From the NCBI RefSeq assembly GCF_032191835.1, contig NC_083223.1:248372001-248436000 (forward strand): a stretch of DNA of 64,000 nucleotides, given 5' to 3'. Position numbers and translations under genes: made by a program. The first letter of the stretch is position 1; every line of letters begins with the position of its first letter. The stretch comes from Heteronotia binoei. Lineage: Eukaryota. This document shows, one piece after another, positions 56,829-64,000 of the stretch. Below the pieces are notes generated by a model. That model ran no database searches, had not been told where the DNA came from, and was given only the letters and a program-made list of their open reading frames with translations.

Positions 56829-59800
56829 ATGAAGCGGCCCAAGGTGGGGCCTCCCTCCCTCAGCATCCTGCGTCTTTTTGGGCGGAAACCCAAAGTGACT
56901 TTGGAACAGGACGGGAAGCTAGAATCCCCTCTGGGCAACCCTGAAGAGACCCACATCTCTCTGGTGCCAGAGGAGGAGGAGGAAGAGGAGGAAGAAGAGG
57001 AAGGCTTGATAGAATGCCCACTGTGCCTGCTGCCCCAGCCTCCGGAGGCCTTCCCTGCACTCTCCTGCTGCTCCCACCTGTCCTGCCTCACCTGCTTGCA
57101 GCAATACTTGCGCATTGAGATCAGCGAGAGTCGTGTCCAGGTGGCCTGCCCGCATTGCCCTGCTCTCCTCCAGCCGTCTGAGATCCATCAGCTGCTTCCT
57201 GAGGCCAACCTGTGCGAGAAGTATGAGGAGTATTTGCTGCGGCGCCTCCTGGTGTCTGACCCAGGCACGCGCTGGTGCCCAGCTCCAGATTGCAGGTGGG
57301 GCAATGGTAACCTTTGGGGGAACTCATGTGGAGGGACAGCTATCAAGAAAAGAAGTTGGCCCTTTGGGCCAGAGAAGATACCCTTATCCCATTGGTGAGG
57401 GCTGCTGTGGGCGGGATCCAGACTATGCTTTCCACTAGTAGAAGGAGGGGTATAATTTCTACCAGGGCTTTTTTTGAGCAGGAATGCACAGGAACGCAGT
57501 TCTGGCTGGCTTGGTGTCAGGGAATGTGGCCTAATATGCAAATATGTTCCTGCTGGGCTTTTTCTACCAAAACACCCTGTGTGAAACAATGGTGATGTCA
57601 GGGGATGTGGCCTAATATGCAAATGAGTCCCTGCTGGGCTTATTCTACAAAAAAAAGCCCTGATTTCCACCCATTCCCCTCCTCCTGCCGCAGACTCCTT
57701 ATCACCCAGGAACAGCATTTTGAGGAGATAAATGGATGGCAGTGAGAGGCAGGAGGAGACAAGGAAGTTCTGTTTGGCTAATGGAAGTGCCTTCCATTTA
57801 GTCTGGGTTTGTGCCAACTGGCCAGGTGAAGCTCCAGAAGACCCTTGTGGTTGTCTAAGTGCTTTGTGTGTTACTGCCCAGAGAGGAAAAGGTCCCAGTG
57901 GTTTCTTTCATCCTTCATAAACTTTGTTATATAGTGAAAGAGGATGTAGTGATGGCCATAGGCATAGACAGCTTTAAAAGAGAATTAGGCAGGTTCATGG
58001 AGGAGAGGTCTTACCAGTGGCTACTAGCCATGGTGGCTAAAGGGAACTTCCACATTCAGAACCAGGAGGCAACATCAGGAGAAGACCTCAGCTTCTAGGT
58101 GTCAGCGCAGGGTTCGTTGACTTCAAAATAATAGAACTCTTTCTTTTGAAATAAGTTTCTTTTATTGAATATACAATGTTACTGCTGCAGAAGGTCTTTG
58201 AGAGTGATAACATACATGGAACAGGCACTAGCATTTATGGGGGCACATCAAAGACAGGGGCCTTTAAATCATTCTCAAAACAAAGTTACTTTCCCTCTCG
58301 AAGGTGTTTGATTCACACGCTGGCTATCTCCTTCCCTGGGCCATCCACCCTCCCCCTTTCGGCCGATGTCCTTGCGGCGGCTGGGAAGCGGCGGCGCCTC
58401 CCTCTGGTCTTCCCGCCGCCGTTTATGGCTTCTGGCGCCCTGCTCTTCCCTCCCCCTGGTTGGCATACCTAGCATTCTATCAAAGGGCCCTAGGGTTAGT
58501 TCTAAGCAAATAAACAGTATAGGCAATGTGGTTAGGATCAATAGGATGCAATTGAACACAAGCTGACACTAGGCCCTGTATCTGGCCCTCCAGAGTTACT
58601 GGTCAGCCATTGAATGAGACTGGATGCTGGACTAGATGGACTACAGGTCTGATCCAGCAGGGCTCTTCTTATGTTCTTGCAGCAAGCAGAGAAGAGCTGC
58701 AGGGATGGCCCAGGAACTCATTGGAGACTGTTTGGTTCCCACTTGGAAGGGCAGGATCAGATGCTTCCCAGGTTTGGTCTTCAGAGCCAGTTTGGTGTAG
58801 TGGTTAAGTGTGCGGATTCTTATCTGGGAGAACCGGGTTTGATTCCCCACTCCTCCACTTGCACCTGCTGGAATGGCCTTGGGTCAGCCATAGCTCTGGC
58901 AGAGGTTGTCCTTGAAAGGGCAGTTGCTGCAAGAGCTCTCTCAGCCCCACCCACCTCACAGGGTGTTTGTTGTGGGGGAGGAAAATAAATGAGATTGTGA
59001 GGCGCTCTGAGACGCTTGAGTGGATGGTGGAATAAAAATCCAATGTCGTCTTCTTCCCCTTTCCATTCTTTAAAAAAAAAATCAACGTAATTAAGAATGA
59101 CCTTTCTCTGCCCAAGAACATAAGAAGCTAGATCAGACCAGTGATCCATCTAATCCAGCATCCTGTCTCACACAATGGGCAACCAGTTCTTCTGCAGGAC
59201 CAACAACAAGGCACAGAGACTGGCTTGGAATTCAAAGGTTTAGTGCCTCTGAATGTGGAGGTTTCCCTCAGTCAATATGGCTAGTAGCCGCTGATAGACA
59301 TATCCTCCATGAATCTATCTAATCCCCTTTTAAAGCTGTTTATTCATGTGGCCATAACTACATCTTCTGGCAGCAAATTCCACATTTTAGTCACTCTGTG
59401 TAAAGTATTTCCTTCTGTCTGTCCTAAATCTACTGCCTATCAGCTTCATTGGAAGTCCTCAAGTTCTAGTCTTTTGGGAGAGGGAGAAAAAGTTCTCTTT
59501 GTCATTTCTCTCCACGCCATGCCTGAATCCTCTGAGAGTTCCTGCCAGTCAGAGCAGGCAATGCGGGGCTGGATAGACCAATTACCCCAGGCAGTGCCTG
59601 CAGCTCCCTAAGTTGCCCCTCTATGTGCAATGTTAGATCTCAGCTAAGGAAGGCAAAGCTGAATTTTCTGCTGTGATGGAGGAAGAGGGTGTGGGGACAG
59701 GGGGAAGCTGCTGGAGGGTTTTCAGGAGACTGGGGTGAAAGCTGAGCCACAAAAGCCCCCAAACAAAATTTCTCCTGGCCCCCTGTCCTTCAGACCACAA

Positions 59801-62800
59801 TTTGGGCCCTTGTCACATTCAGAATGTTTGATAAGGCGTTCCATTGTGCTATCTGCTAGTGGCATCTGGCTTGGCTCTGACATGTAGGCTGAGGGAGAGG
59901 CTGCATTCTTGCTCACCACTATTGCAGGGACATGGAGTAACATGCCTAACTATGAACACCTGAAGCCGCCTTATACTGAATTACAAACCTGGTCTATTAA
60001 AGTCAGTTTTGTTTGTTCAGACTGGTAGTGGCTCTCTAGGGTCTCAGGCAGAGGTCTCTCACATTACCTGTTGCCTGGTTTTGTTTTGCTTTTTCACTGG
60101 AGGTGCTGGGGATGGAACCTGGGATCTTCTCTGTGCCAAGAAGATGTTTTACCACTTAGCTGCAACCTCTCCCCATTACTGCTCTGGTTACTATGTGGGC
60201 TTCTCAATGCTTGAGTAAGATCGGAGCTGAGATCTCTCTCTCTCTCAGATTTCAGAGGACACAGGAAATACCTAAAAAGAATCTAAATTGAATTGCTCCT
60301 GACTATTTTGCCCTGACTTACCTTCTGTTTTAAAGCATGAGCTCAAGTTGCATGCAAGAGCGATTGCACTAAACTGAGGAGCTTCTCTTTGGGACCTGAG
60401 AGAGCCAAACTCCTCTAAGCACTCCTTAAATTCCACCTAGAACCTCCCGGCAAGTGGCAAAATATCACAAGTACTTGTGTGTTTTATGAATACAACAGAA
60501 GCACTGACAATTAGGCACAGAACATAAAATTTGTAAATACGGCATATCCACAATGGTGGCGGAAAGCGCTGTCAAGTTGCAGCTAACTTATGGCAACCTT
60601 GTGGGGTTTTCAAGGCAAGAGATGATCAGAGGTGGTTTGGCATTGCTTGGCTCTGTGTTGCAACCCTGGGCTTCCTTGGTGGTCTCCCATCCAAGTACCA
60701 ACCAGCGTTGACTGCTTAGCTTCTGAGATCTGAGGAGATCAGGGTGGCCTGGGCCATCCAGGTGAGGGCATACCTGCAGTACTGCTGGCCCGATCCTATC
60801 TAGCACAACTGGTGGTATGTTTCTGCCTTCCTTTCCCTAGAGTAACCTCCTGTGCCCTGCAGCTCAAAATTGGACCCTCAGGGATCAGTGAAGCTCCAGG
60901 AACAATGTATATGTGTGTAGGGAGGGGGGAAGTGGGAGTTTGCAGTGGACATGAGGGGAGAAATTATCCAAAACCTGCATGTCCAGGTGAAAGCATTTTC
61001 TGTAAGCAGCAGAGGTTAGGATACAAGCCAAGTTTGGCTTGAACTGCAGCATGCAGCCTGGGTTATATTATTAGACGATATCAGGGAGAAGCTGCTTTGT
61101 TGGATTTCCCCAGCTTGAAAAACAAAGCATGGATGTGACTGGCCAGTTCCTGTCCCTGTCCTCCCCTCTCTTCCTCAGAGACAAGTCAAACCTTTAAATT
61201 CAGCTGTTTTTAAAAGACCCATGCATGGTGGGAATGGTTGTGGGGACTATATTTCTCAGTAACCCCAGGCTGATCTTCCCAGAAAATGCAACATCAACTC
61301 AGAACGAGAAGCTGTTTAAGTATACCTAGTTCTATGCTGGATTGCTGCAGTCTTTTTGCAGATTTAACACAGCAGAATGTTAGGAAAGGGCCATGGCTCT
61401 GTGGCTGAGCATATGCTCGGCATGCAGAAAGTCCCAGCTTCAGTCCCCAGCATCTCCAGTTAAAAGGATCTGGCAGTAGGTGATGTGAAAGGTCTTTCTC
61501 TGCTTGAGACCCTAGAGAGCCACTGCCAATCTGAGTAGACAATACTGACCTTGATGAACCGATGATGCAGTTTCAAGTAAAAGACATGAGTTCCCATGTG
61601 ACATACTCTCAGATAATGGACTCGGGGCATGCTAGTCTGAAGAGTTGCTTGTCATTGGCCAGGAGCATCAGATGTCTGACCTGCACAGGACCAGAGTCTG
61701 TCCCCAGCTCAGGCCGGCTGCAAAAAAGACCCTTAAGGATTATTGGTGGCTTGTGCTGCAGTAGACTAACATGGCTGGTGAAAGAGCATGAAATAGTGTT
61801 GAGATAAATAAATAAGGCTTGCATGGGAACCAGATCCCACTGGGAGGCCTGATGCTGCCCAGAGATACAGCAATGTTCAGTCCAGAAGTTGCTCCCCAAT
61901 GTGAAGGATTCTTGCCAGGGATGCAATATTCAGCCACTCAGGGATCCAGACACTCTGGACAGTGGATCACACCTGAACTGATACACTGGAGGCCAAAGTG
62001 CCACATCCCCTGCTGAACCTTAGTGACTCTGGCTTGCATTTTAGCACAGACTCTCAAGACCAAAAAGCAAATTTCTTATGAGTGGACAGTAATTTCTGAC
62101 CCACTGGGACAGCAATTCTGGAGGCTCAGTGGGCTGCAGCAGGAGGGGGGAGTTAGCAGAACTTGCCAGCCTCTCTCAAGAAGATGTAAGCATCCTTTAG
62201 TCTTTGGGACTGCATGTGGGTAGCTACACACCTTTGCTCTCACCCCATCCCCAAAGGAGATCACAATCTTTCCTTATCATGGAGAGTCTGGAACCTGGTC
62301 TCCCTCTGTGATCAATTGATACGAGTCTAGCAAAGAGGGGAAATCCACTGTCATCTTCTCAAGAAGCAACAGAGCTTGGAGTGAACTGGTTGGGGGAATG
62401 CATGCAAGAGAGTTGACCTGGGAGTGGATATACTGAACCTAACCTGACACCTTTCCTCTTGTTCTTTCTCTTAGCTATGCGGTCATTGCCTACGGCTGTG
62501 CTGAATGTCCCCGGCTTGTCTGCGGCCGCCAGGACTGCAAGACAGAGTTCTGCTACCACTGCCGGCAGCCCTGGCACCCCAACTCTTCCTGTGAGCAGGC
62601 CTGGCGAGAATGGAACCGGCAAGCTCCAGGGGCAATGGAGCTGTCCACCCAGCTGATCCAGAAGGAGGAAGCTGCCCGGCGTGAGTCTGGCCAAGAGGGT
62701 GTAGTATGTGCCTCTGTTCTCCCAGCACCAAGATGTGGTGAGATCAGGATGTCCCTTATCTCTAGGATTTGGGGAAGAACCCAGCACCTTTCTCACCAAG

Positions 62801-63080
62801 CTTGGTTCCCCAAATGGGGCACTGTAATTCCTTATCTGCTAGTGGCCCACTGCCAGGGGTCCCTCCAAGGCTCTGCTCCATCACTGGAGACTAACAACCC
62901 TCTCCCTTGTCTCTCCTCTGCCCCACCAGCAGACACAGAAACCATCAAGGTGTGTCCCCGCTGTGGTGCCTTCATCATGAAGATCAATGACGGGAGCTGC
63001 AATCGCATGAATTGCACCGTCTGTGGATGCCTGTTCTGCTGGCTGTGCTTGCGAGAGATCACGGATGTGCACTTCCTCAG
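56829..63080 (+). CDS. RNF19-family RBR E3 ubiquitin ligase (RNF19A/B-like paralog); first three coding exons, gene continues past the right edge
   Basis: Exons 56829-57295, 62475-62680, 62930-63080 (GT-AG, phases 2/1/2). RING1 CPLC...CSHLSCLTCLQQYLRIEISESRV...CPHC; IBR RWCPAPDCSYAVIAYGC..CP...EFCYHCRQPWHP; RING2 CPRCGAFIMKINDGSCNRMNCTVCGCLFCWLC. These motifs are RNF19-specific, but the N-terminus and linkers match neither RNF19A nor RNF19B as I recall them. Confidence 0.92.
57463..57662. mobile_element. CAGGG-type hAT MITE in intron 1 of the RNF19-like gene
   Basis: CAGGGCTTTTTTT...AAAAAAAGCCCTG; TSD atttctac/atttccac; reverse-orientation relative of 22273-22468; two ATGCAAAT octamers (57536, 57617). 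Confidence 0.9.
60553..60780 (-). mobile_element. 5S rRNA-derived SINE with Sauria/BovB-type tail (5S-Sauria-like)
   Basis: Minus strand ccctgatctcctcagatctcagaagctaagcag...ctggttggtacttggatgggagacc matches the 5S internal promoter region; tail ...ggttgccataagttagctgcaacttgacagcgctttcc. Confidence 0.8.
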
Positions 63081-64000
63081 GTGGGGGAGGGCAGATTGGT
63101 GCAGTGGTCAGGGGAACTGTAAAGAGAAACTGGGCCTTTCCATTTGGTCCTTCTTCCCAGGTTCCTTCATGAAATGGAAGCTTAGGCAGCGTCAGATCTA
63201 CCCTGATGCAGCACTTAAAACCCGCATCAAATGTCATGTCTGTTAGTTTTCTAGAGGAACTGGATGGCTACAGTGTGAGGCAGGATGCTGGACTAAATGG
63301 ACCAGTGGTCTGACCCAGCAGGTCCCTAATTCAATTTATTATGACTTTAAGCAGAGGCCACCATTTATTTATACTTTACAGCTGAACTTGCATGCTGTTT
63401 TCTCCTGCAGAAGGCTGCCAAAATGGCTTTCAGCAGTCAACTGGGCAATAATCAGTCACTACACAGTTCTAAAAACAGTAATCTAAAAATTAACTGCAGA
63501 TGCAGGAATGTAAAATTAAGTGAACTTGATTATCACAAAACATCTGGTGGAAAAAGAAAAATCTGCCAAAAATGGCAACAGAGTAGGCTTGATGGATCTC
63601 TTTTGGGTGTCCCAAAATATTATTGGAGGGGAGGAGCAGAGCTGACATTAGTTGGGCCTGAGACTCTATACAAGCAGAGAGAAGAGTAGAATTTGCTGTT
63701 AACCACACGAGGCAAGGGTCCAATTAAACACAGTGGAAGTCATGGATCTCTCATTATTTTAAAAGTAAATGCTGGGGGCTTGTGACCAAGTTCAGGCCAT
63801 TTGGGGAAGGGAGGGGGGGTTTAATCCTTCTGCATAGTTTGGCCTATCAAAACCACCTTCCTTATGCTGTTATGAGCCTCAGAAGAGGGAAAAAAGATAT
63901 CTATAATTGTCCATAATTCTCCCTTCCAAAATGTGATTACATTTGTGTGGGTGAGGTGGGGTGGAGGTGGAGTTTTCAAAGATAAAATCATGCAGATGTG

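Noticed and set aside
57188-57817. 209-aa antisense ORF
   Set aside because: Spans the antisense of the RNF19-like exon, intron and a MITE; no coherent product.
60665-60780. 5S rRNA gene
   Set aside because: Diverged at both ends, no oligo-T terminator, fused to a retroposon tail.

Overview
Eukaryotic (vertebrate) genomic DNA, almost certainly a squamate reptile and probably a gecko, judging by the SINE/CR1/L2/hAT-MITE content. The window carries the conserved block found at human 2p23.3. It has the 5' end of a minus-strand gene assigned to GTF3C2 mainly by synteny, and complete exon chains for EIF2B4 (-, 12 coding exons, 529 aa), SNX17 (+, 15 exons, 471 aa) and ZNF513 (-, 4 exons, 463 aa). 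Beyond ZNF513, where human has PPM1G, lies ~16 kb of nested mobile DNA: a fragmented class II (betaretrovirus-like) ERV (gag, RNase H tail, integrase) interrupted by CR1, L2, SINEs and a very young, ORF-intact Ty3/Gypsy element (309-bp LTRs differing at 1 site, 5-bp TSD, tRNA-Ser PBS). Then come the first three coding exons of an RNF19-family RBR E3 ligase that looks like a third RNF19 paralog and has Arg at the usual catalytic His position. A full-length but disabled RTE LINE sits between EIF2B4 and SNX17. No CRISPR arrays, tRNA genes or rRNA genes. All exon coordinates were derived by hand from splice signals and frame continuity; repeat boundaries without TSDs are approximate, and family names come from recall, not a database search.
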